DNA of 61,042 nt, the filler included, from Nemertoderma westbladi (taxonomy: Eukaryota; Animalia; Xenacoelomorpha): assembly GCA_032718475.1 (NCBI GenBank). It is 3 parts of 3 records of this genome, joined end to end, with 100 filler letters (N's around TTAATTAATTAA, not from the genome) between each part and the next. Parts side by side here need not be neighbours in the genome. Positions count along the whole stretch, not along the records: positions 1 to 19,771 come from JAUCBJ010004357.1; positions 19,872 to 46,610 come from JAUCBJ010000645.1; 1 more part is not named here. One strand, written 5' to 3'. Shown here in pieces: positions 10,732 to 22,589 of this stretch; position 1 is the stretch's first letter, and every line of letters starts with the position of its first letter. The notes under the pieces are model-generated. The model did not search any database and was not told where the DNA came from. It saw only the letters and a program-made list of their open reading frames with translations. The translations under genes and the position numbers were made by a program.

Positions 10732-13280
10732 TTAGTTCATTCCACCTGCCTTTGGGAACCACCTCAACTCTTTCCCTCTATCGTCCTCCTCCCTTGGTCG
10801 TTTCCTGGTCACTGCCGCTCCTTTGATCTTGTCTGCTTTCTGGCTTCGGACTCTCGCCGCCACCTCCTTACTGATCCCGGTCGTCGACTCCTTGGGTGCC
10901 GGTGTTATTAGCCCCCGGTATCGCTTCGCGGGTGGCCCCTCCGAGTGGCCCTGCTGTTTCCCCCTAGTGGCGTCCCATAGGATCATTTTCATCGCCCGCG
11001 GCACATGCTCCGCCAAGAAATCCCTGAACTCTCCTCTGTTCTGTGGCGTCCACCTGTCCAAATACCTCTGCGTATTTATCACCCCGGCATATGACGCCGC
11101 CGTCGCCACTTCCTGGTAGGTAAACGGAAGCCTCCGTTTGATAATCTCCATGTGGGCCTCCTGATTGATGTTAAAGAAGCCCCACCGGAACTCCTGGGCC
11201 TTCATACGTTGCCGAGTCATCGCCCCGACGTCGGCCCACTCCTCGAAGATCCTAAACTTCACTTTGTCGTCCATCCAGTCACACTGGCGTCCGTAATGTC
11301 CCCAAAAGTTACACTTCGAACATCGGTTATGCAACCGTGGACACGCCCCCATCCTGTGGCTCGACTCGCGGCAGTAGAGACAACTAGTCCCTTTCTGGAA
11401 CCGGTACAAACAGCTCCTTTCCTGATGGGTCTGTCTCCCACAGTAGTCACAGCCGAGCACCAATGTCTCCCGCCCCACGTTATCTTTCGTCCCAAGCGAT
11501 CTCCGCGGTCTGTGGAGTCGCTGGTAAGCGAACTTCCGGACGTTAGTGTCCCTGTCTACGTCGATCTCCTCGCCCCTCCTGGGTATCGTCTCCCCGAATA
11601 CTACCCGTGGTGCCGTCCCCGGTTGCTCGCCCAACCTAATGGTGCTCCCCGCGAAATCCATCGCCGGCTCCTCGTGCACCCAGGCCCGCTTGCCAGGTCT
11701 ATCCCAGAAGGCCCTCGCCCCACTGGCCGTCACCACCCTCCCGCCAACCCAGTCCGTGTCTGAGTGGCCGATCCTCCCGATGGGCGGCATCTCTCCGAAC
11801 TCGTCGTCGTCCTCGTCCTCCTCTGGCAGTGGCTCCAACGCCGGTATCCCAGTGGACCCACTATGTCCCTTCCCGCCTTGGCTCTCGCCCGTAGCTTTCC
11901 ATCCTTCTAGCTCCCCTAGCCTCCTTAGCGGCTGATCGCCCTCGGCGCCCGCTGGTATGGGCATCGTCTGCAATCCCGACGTCGACTGTTGCGGTGATCC
12001 CACCGTCCATCCTAATTCTCGCCCTGAACTCCCCGATGAGGTCCAACGAAGTTCGTCTAAGGCCGCCTGTTCCTCGAAGCCATAGCTCTGTGCCCTAGCT
12101 TCCTCCTCCCTTTCCTCTGCTTCTCTCCTCTCCTGTCTAGCGACTTCTTCCAATCGCTTCGCCTCTCGTCTATCCATCTCTAGCTGCTCCCACCTCTGAT
12201 ACGGCGTATCTACCTCCCCGTCTACCAGATGTCGGCTGTTGTAGTACACAGACTCGCCCTTCAGCCCCGGGTGGTCTACCAGACCCTCGAAAGCCATCTT
12301 AAAGGCTCTTCTGTAGCTTAGGGGTGATCCCGATAATAGGAATACCATTGGTTCCCTCTCGATAACCACGGTCATGAATAGGTTAAGCAAACCCATCATT
12401 ATCCAGTCCTCCTGTAGGATATATCGCTTCTGATATACCTTTATCGCTCCTCTCCGGAATTGATACACCTCTTGTCTCCCTGGCCTCGCTCCCCACTTCA
12501 GCGAGTTCGCCAAGTCCGCTCCGTACTCCCCTCTGAACTTACTCCAGTCCATCGGTTTGTGACACACGAGCCCCATTAGCTGGTCCATCGCCACTGCCCC
12601 GCAATGTCCTGTGTTCTCCACTAGTCCCAACCCGTCTGGTGCTGTCATAGCCATATAGACCGTCTGTGTATCCAGAAGGTTGGGGGTGTCCGGACCGATG
12701 ATTCTCTCCGCGTCGTCGCGAATCGCCGATCCCACTTTCGTTGTCGACTTCTCTCTCACTAGGGTTTGCACCGCCTTCAGCAACCGGTTCAACTTCGGCC
12801 CGTCCTTCTTTCCATACGTTCCTAGATCGAATAGGAATATATCCCCATTTGGCGCGGCCGGAGTATGGTTCTGGCCGACCCCGCCGATCCTCTCCTCGAA
12901 CCCTCCTCGTCTTCTACATTTCCTTCGTCGTCTAGGATCATGTATCCTCCCCTGCTGACGGACTCTACGAACCTCTTCCAATCTTTCCTCGGTGGCTCTC
13001 TCGCGTACTTCGGAATCCCGAACTTCGCCTCGTCTCCCTTCACCACGTAGTGGAAATGCTCGAAGATCGCATTGTCCAGCGACGGCGTCCCGTAGGTCCC
13101 GACCAGCCGCTGTTCGTGCACCTCCCTGAAATGGTCCTGTAGTGCTCGCGCTGCGTGACCTCTCTCTAACCGCTCGTAGTATCCCATCGTCTTCTCTTCC
13201 GGATGCCTCTTGGTGAAATCCACTAGTATTTCTTTTCCTCCTGACTCCGCCTTTCTCTTCCTGATCAGTTTCCCCGCCAT
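10732..13280 (-). CDS. Retrotransposon accessory ORF (about 850 aa, one 1-nt frameshift near 12860): DnaQ/DEDDy-like 3'-5' exonuclease plus 3 CCHC zinc knuckles
   Basis: ORFs 12822-13376 and 10732-12981 join if one base is added. ExoI-like YMILDDEG (12921-12944), then APNGDIFLFDL, ExoII-like KVGSAIRDDA, NLLDTQTVY, WGARP and ExoIII-like QKRYILQED. C-terminal CDYCGRQTHQERSC, CLYCRESSHRMGAC, CSKCNFWGHYGRQC. First ATG at 13280. Confidence 0.75.
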
Positions 13281-13777
13281 TCCGAACTCTTTCACTCGCT
13301 CACCTGTAAGGTGGTGCCTTGCCAAGGCGCAGTACAGATGAGTGATAAAGTTAAGATGGTCTGTACAGTTCGACAATGGCCTATTTCCTACTTAATTTCG
13401 AGTTATAGCCTAAATTTTACTACTTTGTTTCTGAAACTGTCAAATTGTACCCTAAATTACAATTTTGTCTGTTACTTTAATTATGTTCCAGAATTTACTT
13501 TCTACTGTTACCATAATTTGTTAATTTTCTAGCCCTATTCTATTTTTATTTTAATTTAATTCAATCCTACTACTGTGCTACTACTTACTATTGCCAATGG
13601 ATTATTCTACTTCATATTCCACATTCTGACCTACTCTGTGGGCTTGTGCAGTACAACAGTATGCGTCGTGTGGCCTACACGATTTATCCAGCTGTACTCA
13701 TATGCCCCCCTCTCGCTACTCACTACTAACTAATACCTACATTATACATACCCTTCTACCACTAACTCTTACTATCC

Positions 13778-14400
13778 GGTACTACGTACCCTCTTACTAA
13801 CTTCTAACTAACTTCTACCAACCGGTACTATGTACCCTCTTACTAACTCTAACTCCACTAACTAACTAACCGGTACTACGTACCCTCTTACTAACTCTAA
13901 CTCCGCTAATTAACTAACCGGTACTACGTACCCTCTTACTAACTCTACCTCCGCTAACTAACTAACCGGTACTACGTACCCTCTTACTAACTCTAACTCC
14001 GCTAACTAACTAACCGGTACTATGTACCCTCGTACTAACTCTAACTCCACTAACTAACTAACCGGTACTACGTACCCGCTTACTAACTCTAACTCCACTA
14101 ACTAACTAACCGGTACTACGTACCCTCTTACTAACTCTAACTCTCTCCAACTAATTAACCGGTACTACGTACCCTCTTACTAACTCTAACTCTCTTCAAC
14201 TAACTAACGGTACTACGTACCCTCTAACTACCTCTAACTCTCTTCAACTAACTAATGGTACTACGTACCCTCTTACTAACTCTAACTCTCTTCAACCAAC
14301 TAACTGTACTACGTACCCTCTAACTACTTAGCTAACTAACGGTACTACGTACCCTCTGACTACTAACTCCTACTAACTAACGGTACTACGTACCCTCTAA
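13778..14400. repeat. Internal tandem array of the BEL element, 14 units of about 48 bp with a GGTAC-TAY-GTACC hairpin
   Basis: Unit ACCGGTACTACGTACCCTCTTACTAACTCTAACTCCACTAACTAACTA. Core motif at 13778, 13824, 13872, 13920, 13968, 14016, 14064, 14112, 14161, 14209, 14257, 14305 (first G changed), 14341 and 14382. Confidence 0.95.
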
Positions 14401-14563
14401 CTACCTACTCTTACTATCTGCCTAACTCTTACTAACTTCCATCTGCCTACTTACTCTTCCTTTATTTATTATTTTTTATATTTTATTTTATTTGTGGGAA
14501 GGGCGTCTCGCCCTCAATCCCACCCCCCTCAGTCCAAAACTTGGACGACTAAACTCTTTACAA

Positions 14564-17500
14564 CTATGGTGCTCCCTCTAATAGGCAGCACTTGCCTACA
14601 GCCCTTCTATAGGTCTTTCTATCTTTCACTCCTATCTTCCCACCTATCCGCACTTCTACCGAATGGACTCTTCCGTCCTCGTCAGAGTAGGTGCCCACAA
14701 CTCTCGCCAATCGCCATTGGTTGTTGATGATGGTATCGTCCGTGACGATCACCAGATCACCCTCCTTTAGCTCTATGTTCGTGTTCCTCCACTTGCTTCT
14801 CCTATGGAGCGTGGGTAGGTATTCCTCGACCCACCTCCTCCAGTACTCTGCGCTTATTGCTTTAGCGACTTTCCAACTCTGTCGGGAGTGTATATCGTCT
14901 GGGTCTACACCCCGCATGTCGATGGTCACTGGCCTCTCCATTAAAAAGTGACTGGGCGTCAGCACATCTAATGACTCCGGGTCATCATTTTCTGGGTATA
15001 GCGGTCTGTTATTAATGATACCCTCGCACTTTGCTAGTACCATCCTTAGTACGTCCTCGGTAACCATGTGGATGTTCATCAACTTCGTCATCAGACGCTT
15101 GGAACTACCACTAGTCTCTCGACGCATCCTAGAGTATGCGGAGCATACGGCGTCCTCCTCTCCCACTTCACCTGTCGTCTTCTCATGGCTGCCCTGACTT
15201 CTTCCCCTTCCAGGATATCCAAGGCATCCGCCATCTCGTTCTCCGCCCCCACAAAGTTGGTTCCGCTGTCAGAATATATTACTGCAATCGTCCCACCTTT
15301 GCGGTCTCTGAACCTTTCTAGAGCATTAATGAATGCTGATGCGGTTGCATCTTGGGTGAGTTCTATCCCTACCGCCCGTGTGTTGTTACATACGAAGATG
15401 ATGCCGTAGCGCTTCTCCGTGTGCCGCGTCACCTTAATCTTTATCGGCCCGAACATATCCACACCGCAATGCGTAAATGGCGGGTCGTGCTGTCTCACTC
15501 TACTGGCCGGTAGTGGCGCCATCTCCTGTATAGCTCGTTCCTTCTTAGCTCGTCGGCAGGTCTGGCACTGCCCCACTACCGCCTTTACCTTCTTTCTCAA
15601 CTGTTTGACCCAAAAGGTCCTTCGTATCTCTGTGAGGGTCCGGTTGGTGCCCCCGTGCAATATCGACTTATGGGAGTCCCAGATGATCTGATGGACTATC
15701 GGTGATCCATTGGGGATGATGATGGGCTTTGGTGGGATGACAATACTGTTGTTGTTCAACACCCTAGAGTTCATTACTAGGATCCCGTCATCATTGAGTT
15801 GTGGTGACAGTGTGATCAGTTCGCTGTCCCGTCGGAGATGCTGTTGTTTACCGACGCGTTCTACTTCGTCGCCGTAATTCTTCCTCTGTTCGTAACGGAT
15901 GACGGCTTTGGCCGCCCCCTCCAGATCGACGGATATTTTACCCTTTGTATCTCTACCGATTCCCCTAAGGAAGTCCCCGAAGGCTCTCCAGTACGCTACT
16001 AACTTCTTGGTCTTATACCAACTAGAGCTGTAGCTAAGGAGTTTGTCCGTTGGGTTATCGCACAGTTCTTCCGGTTTCGGTTGCACGTCCCTTATCTCCC
16101 TCACCATCTGGCTGTATATCTCCTCACCTTCTGAATCTACTCCCTCCTCTTCTAATGCTACTTGTTCTGCGCCCGGGTCCACCTTTCTCATCGGCGGCCA
16201 GGCTGTCCTGTCGTTCAGAAATTGCGGTCCATGCTGCCACAATACTTCCTTCTTCAAGAAAGTGTGGCGTGCCACGCCCCTCGATAACAAGTCCGCTGGG
16301 TTCTCGTCCGTTGGGCAGTAGTGCCACCTTCCTAACTCCGTAATTGCCCTTATTTCGTCCACCCTATTTGCGACGAATATAGGGTATCTCGTCCTTTCAT
16401 TGTGTAGCCAACCGAGCACTACCATGGAATCCGTCCAGTAGTATGTTTCCACTATGTTGGGAATAGCGTCCACTAAGTAGGCTGTGGCCCTAACTCCTAA
16501 TCTCGCAGCTGTCAACTCGAGTTTCGGAACTGATGCTGAATCTGGTGGCGTCGACTTCGCTTTACTGAATGCGAGTCTGGGCTTGTGAGCCCCCTCTCCT
16601 GTACTATGTAGAGTGCCGCTCCGTATGCCTCTAATGATGCATCGGAGAACATGTGCAGATCCAGATTCGTCATGTCCCCATCCGGGAAATATACACGTGG
16701 CATGCTGTATGTTCCCATCTGCTCTAAACTCTCTGTCCACTTGCTCCATTGCTTGCTAATCTCTTCCGGGACCTCCGTGTCCCATTCGTCCTTTAATTTG
16801 TATACTCTCTTGAGTATCTGTTTCCCCGTGATTAGTAATGGGGATGCTAGGCCTAGGGGATCGTATATCCTCGCTATATACGACACATAGCCCCTCTTTG
16901 TGTGGATACCTGCGCCCTCCTGACTCAACTGGTATTTCAACTCGTCTGTCTCTCGGTTCCACACGATTCCTAGTGCCTTCTGCTGGGACTCCACTCTCTT
17001 GTTCGCCATGTCCTGTCCCTTGGCTGTCGTGGGATTATCCATGGTCGACTCTGGCCTCCTGTCCTCTATGGCTTTCATGAATTCTTGCGAGCTGGATTGG
17101 AACTTGGTTAGGTTGAACCCGGATCCTTTTAGGATGTCGCGAACCTCACGCCCCGTGTCCAGTAGTTCCTTAACCGTATTTCCAGACTCCATCCTGTTGT
17201 CTACATAGAAACCTCGTTGAATCATATCGACGGCTTTGGCGCTGAACTTATTCTCCTTCCCTTCTACCGTGTCTCTTACGGCCATAGTCGTTGTAAACGA
17301 AGACGACTTGGCTCCCATATTCTGTACTATCATCTTATACATTGGTATGGTCGACGGTTCCTCATCGCCGTCGTACCATAGGAAGCGCTGGCTATCGCTA
17401 TCCTCTTCCATTACACGGACTTGGTTGATCATGCCTTCGATGTCGCAGGTGAAAGCGTGTTTACCATTCCTGAATCTGAGTAGGACCTCGATCCCTGAGT

Positions 17501-19771
17501 TGTAGATGTTGGGACCCTCCAGCAGATAATCGTTTAGGCATTTTCCGTTGGTCTTGGCCGATGCGTCAACTACCATCCGCAGTTTACCTTTCTTCGGGTC
17601 TAGAGCCACGTGGAGTGGCAGGTAATAGGTCCTGTCCGTGTTTGGTTCATCCACCGGTAACTCCACGGCCCATCCTTTCTCGACATACTTTCTAATTGTC
17701 TTGTGAATGTACTCATTCTTCTCGGGGCTCTGTTTTAGCGTCTGCTTCAACTTACGAAGCCTCGTGAGTACCATCCCTTTGTTGTCGGGTAACGGTAGCT
17801 TCGGTAGCTTCCATACCATTCCTATGGTATACCGCCCCTCATCGCATGTCATCGATTCCTTTACACTTTGTAGAGCCTGCTTGTCTTCTACCGAGGTTCC
17901 GACCCCGGTCTCCTTTAATCCCTCAAAATCCTGCCTGAGCAGTCTCCTGAGCTGCTCCTCCGCTCCCTCATCTCCCATTTCTCGCATAGTTCCCCCGCCC
18001 TGATGTCTCCGACATCCTAAATGGTATCTTACTCCTGATTGGGCCACTCAGCGTCCACCCGAATGGTGTTAATATCGCCACCGGGTCACACTGTCTGTCT
18101 TCGCCGAAGACCGTTTGCATTCTCTCGTGGGCCGTCGGGCAGTCCATTCCTACTATGATGGATACCTTCCTGACGTCCACCTCTGGGATTGAGAAGTCGA
18201 TACTGTCCAGGAATCTATATTGTTCGACCTCGATGTTGGTTGGCCGCCTGGCGTTAATATTTTTCGACTCTATCACCTGGATGGGGTCGATGGTCGCCCC
18301 ATAGTCGCATCCCGGTGCTATCGCTGCTATCGCGCACCGTCCGGTCCTCATCTCCAGAACCTCATCTTTGCTGGAGATGGTTGTTACCGCCATTCTACTT
18401 GGCCTCGTTCTCAATCCTATCTCTTCGGCCACCCAATCCTCTACTAAGGTGAAGGCTGCACCACTGTCGACCAGCATCAGCGTGGTTACTGATCGATTGC
18501 CTTCCCCGATTATCCTTACTGGTACTACCCCTAATAGTACCGTTCCTCTCTTCCTTGCCACTACGGTGCTCGTTGCCATTGTCTGTCCTTTACTCTGACC
18601 GAACTTAATTGGCGTTTCTTTGCATTGGTTGGCTCTATGTCCACTCATCACACATCGCGGGCAGATTTCATTTCTTCTCACGTATTCTACCTCATCTTCC
18701 CTGGGTAGCGCTTGCCAATACCTGCAGTTCATGGTCTGATGAAGCGCATTTGTATGTAGTTGGCATTTGCTCTTTGGGTTGTAGCCATCCTTATAAAGTG
18801 CGTTGCATATCGCACTTATATTTGTACCAAAGTCCCTACTATTCTTATTGTTTGGGTTCGGCCTACTGGGCGTGCTGGGGTTATGTTTATTCGTGTTGTT
18901 ATTTTTCCCCTGTCCGCTCCATGATGTGGTCTTACCCCGGCTACTTGTGGACTGGTAGTCCCCTGCGTTGCTGCGTACGGCAGCGACTGTCTGAGCTTTG
19001 GCAATGCGTTTGACGCGTTATGCTCTGGTTTCGGCCTGTGATAATCGGTCCTTCATCCCTTTCCCAGGCTATCCTCGCTGTAGACTGGGTCCGTTATAAG
19101 TTCAGCTTCATAGTTTAAGAAGCTTGACATCTCTTCTAAACCCGGTTCCGCACCCTTCCTATCTCGAGTGGAGAAAGCGATTTTTCTCCACTTATTGCGC
19201 AGCCACATCGGTAGAGCCTGGGCTATCGTAGTGATGTTGTTGGATGCGTTGAGTTCGTATGGCGCGCCCAGCGTCTTTAGCACAATTAGCGCCTTCTCGA
19301 CTTTGTTAGCGAATGTCTTTATGCTAACGGGGTTATCCTGTAGGCCACCCGATGTTATACCTCTCAGGGTCTGCCGGATGATCTTGGCCGGGTGCCCGTA
19401 TTCCCTGTCTAACGCCCGCCATGCCGTCGTGAAGCCACCCTCAATGCCCTGGTATTGCCTCACGATGTCGTATGCTGGGCCCCCTGTATATACTTGCAGA
19501 TACTTTAGGCACTCCGCCTGCGTCAAGTTCTTTGTTAATATTTCGTTACTATACATGCGCCGAAACTGGAGGTATTCTTCCGGCCTACTTCCATCGAATT
19601 TGAATGGTTCCACGGGTGGTAACTCGATCCTGGTCTTTAGTGCATCGATTAACGTGGCCATCCCCATCGCTTGCGCTTCCAATGGGTTCGATGGGTGCTG
19701 TATAGGTTATCCCATTGGGTGCGGTCCGTTCATCCTGTCTGCCGCTTTCCTCTGACTTGGATATATCATAG
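14564..19771 (-). CDS. BEL/Pao gag-pol polyprotein, split by small frameshifts
   Basis: Gag PPVEPFKFDG; zinc knuckle CPRCVMSGHRANQC; protease LVDSGA; RT YYLPLH, RMVVDAS, CDIEGM, FYVDN; Pao-type YDPLG; RNase H MFSDAS, KLELTAA, WTDS, NPADLLSRG; integrase H..ILH..CQTC, GVDMFGP, SDSGTNF, GCVER; C-terminal LTPSHFL...W...YLPTL. Confidence 0.93.
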
Positions 19772-19871
19772 NNNNNNNNNNNNNNNNNNNNNNNNNNNNN
19801 NNNNNNNNNNNNNNNTTAATTAATTAANNNNNNNNNNNNNNNNNNNNNNNNNNNNNNNNNNNNNNNNNNNN
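19772..19871. other. Assembly spacer with artificial TTAATTAATTAA all-frame stop linker
   Basis: 44 N + TTAATTAATTAA + 44 N; the same construct appears at 46611-46710. Confidence 0.95.
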
Positions 19872-22589
19872 AGTTCTAGTCGATTAAGATATCGTAGCAC
19901 TTGCCGATACTCTTAAAAGACAATTTTCATAGAATTAAGGATCCTATGTCCCCAGACCAGCTCTGGAATCAAATTGTGTCAATTGCACTATCAAATAATA
20001 AAATTTCAGGGAATAAATTTGAATTCATATTTTAATGAATTTAATAAATTGTCATTCTGTGCAATTTATAACATTCCCAAAATCCCATTAATTAATAGAT
20101 CACGGGAGCGGAGATTCATCTTATTAAGTGTGTTAGAGTGTGAGAATCTCCCATGTATGAGTCAATAGCCGATAAAATTTATAAAATCATATATAAACGA
20201 GATATTGGACCATTAAAGAATTACTATTAAATAGCATCCCAGATCTGTATGCATTGGAATTACCCTAATTCTACCGCTAGCTTTCCATAATGTCACCATA
20301 GTAACACCCACGCTAGAATTAGAAGCAAGTTAAAAAGAACAATAAAAAGCTTGCCCCATTGCATAGTAAGAAATAAATAGCGCACTGCTAGTATCCAAGG
20401 ATACATAATAATAACGTGGCATTCTGGAAGGCACTGACTAACGGACAAATGGCCCGAGTGTGTGTAATTTGTGACAGTTGTGTGTGTGGAATTTGTGAGT
20501 TTATAGGCGAATGTTACTACTAAGGTGTGTTTACAGTAGCGAGTCGCAATTGTGAAAGTAACCCTAACTCTCCAGTAAGAACCTGAAGTGTATCTAAGCC
20601 TTTGGGACGGACAGTGGAGTGACTCGTGCTAGTGTCGTTGTCGTTGTGTAGCTACACGTTGGCGGAAAACACAGCGACGACGATACATTTGCGCTGAGGC
20701 TCTTACACTGTCCAGGGGCTGATTGGGGTAGGCAGCGACGCTCGCTAGCCTAATTATAAGCTCATTATAATATTAATAAACTCATATATAGCAGATATAA
20801 CGGAGTTGATAGAAGATGGTCTTGGTATCGGGGAGCGATATACTCTACCTTTACAAGTGTATGTTGATAGCTTGATACGCGGCGACGCTAGTCCAACTAC
20901 TACGAAGGACGATGGTCGTTATATCGAACCGACGATTTCCTAGAAGCAACTTACGCGTGAATTGGACTATGGAAAATTCACCGCTCGCTACACGCATCGT
21001 AATAGTACGTGTAAGGGTCCAGTAGTATACCGCTTACCAGATCCTAGTAACGATGTATCTTACTATGAGACTCTAGTAATGTATACGGGCTTGTACAGTA
21101 TCTGACAACAAATCCCAGTCCAGGATATCTAAACAAACAGATATAGTACACAAACGACTACTGGCGAGGAACAGAGCCTTGTATCTATTCTATGTACGTG
21201 AGCGGGTCTAATGCCTACGTACTAGACAGAAGGATACCTGTCCTCTAACCGGTGAGGCAGATGTACAGTTACCGTAACAGACCAAACTCACGGGAAAACA
21301 ATCCCCGCGCAGCGAATCCTAACTATCACTGACAGTCCTAAATACAGTAACTTGCCGCGGTGTGATTTATATGGTTTATATACGAACTAGGTGGTTAACA
21401 GACCTAGTGTAACAATGCTGATCATCCCTGTCGAAATCAGCCTAAAGGTCGTGCCTAAATGTAACAATAACTGATCCCCCTGTACGAAATCAGTCTAAAG
21501 GGTCAGGCCTAAATGTAACAATACCGTTGTCCAGACAAACAACAGTTTAATAACGAAAGTGAAATACTCCTTATCTTGCCGCAATCAAATCAGATCCTAA
21601 TTTTACAAATACAGATAATTTCCACCTAAAGTAATGTATAGTACGCTATAGCTAGTAGAACTTTAAGGGCGATATGTTTTAGGGCGTGTGTGTGTGGGTG
21701 TGTTACAAATAAAACAATTTCGGGTAATTCCTTTTACTAGGTTTTAGTGATTTTCTGACTAAAATGATACCGTGCGCTAGCTACTAAAATAAACTAGTCG
21801 CGTTTGTAGAACTTTATACTCACGAATGACGTCAAAGCTCTCTCCTTCCTATCCACAACCCAATGGGCAACCACAGTGTTAGTAACTACACCCGTGATCG
21901 GCACTAATACCAGATTCTGGTTGTAAGATAAGAATAGGGGTTAATCGCTACCGTACGTTAGCTGATCTGGTATACTAATTTAATTCTAGAATTTTGTTGC
22001 TGCGGTAGTTAGCAGCAATACCTATCAGTACGTGGCAAGGCGCGGTAGGATATTAATAAACCTCCCTAGGCCAAGCAGTGTGCCGGTAGCAGAAATGCTC
22101 CTTGCCTGATCAAATAGCTAACTCCAGACAAGGGGGGGGGGGGGGGGTACTAATGTACGTTCTACAAAGCGAACCGGTACCAAACAGTCAGTGCTATGAA
22201 TCACTAAATTATGGAACGTATGCTGTCCGTGCCTAATGTGTACTCGCGTACTGACGAATGGCAATAGTTCGCACCTGTAGGAAGTACAGGTTAACCCAGG
22301 GATTCGTAGGACTGACAAGAGGGGGGGGGTTGTCTGGATATAATTATTTGATCCTAAATTTGCGGCGTCCAGTGCGGTGTCACGCTTACCCTGATCTATA
22401 GGTCTTACGGCGGGCAAGGGCGTCGAACAAAGTCTTACCTTTCTCACAAAGCGGGCGCTGCATAGCAAGTTGAGCATTTCGAAGGGGCAAAGGGGGTGCG
22501 CGGTCGATCCAAATGTGGGCGCTAGCGTGTTGTGGACATCCCTTCCCTGCGTTGCTTACGGCCTAACGGTCTAGGCTGCCATCTCCCTG

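Larger units (their letters stand above)
9464..19771 (-). mobile_element. BEL/Pao LTR retrotransposon with an extra 3' ORF; 5' end cut by the contig break
   Basis: Minus-strand order: gag, protease, RT, RNase H, integrase, 48-bp repeat array, extra ORF, hairpin, polypurine tract, 575-bp LTR. Confidence 0.92.

Noticed and set aside
12850-12875. Programmed -1 ribosomal frameshift
   Set aside because: No X-XXY-YYZ slippery heptamer at the junction; it resembles the other 1-nt indels in the element.
10732-12981. 749-aa ORF as a gag or env gene starting at 12981
   Set aside because: The element already has gag upstream; there are no env hallmarks; the first 40 or so residues are off-frame relative to the ExoI-containing upstream ORF.
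10588-19755. Numerous plus-strand ORFs overlapping the BEL element
   Set aside because: Antisense shadows of GC-rich coding frames with no recognisable motifs.
19816-19827. TTAATTAATTAA palindrome inside the N run (also 46655-46666)
   Set aside because: Artificial contig-joining linker, not biological sequence.
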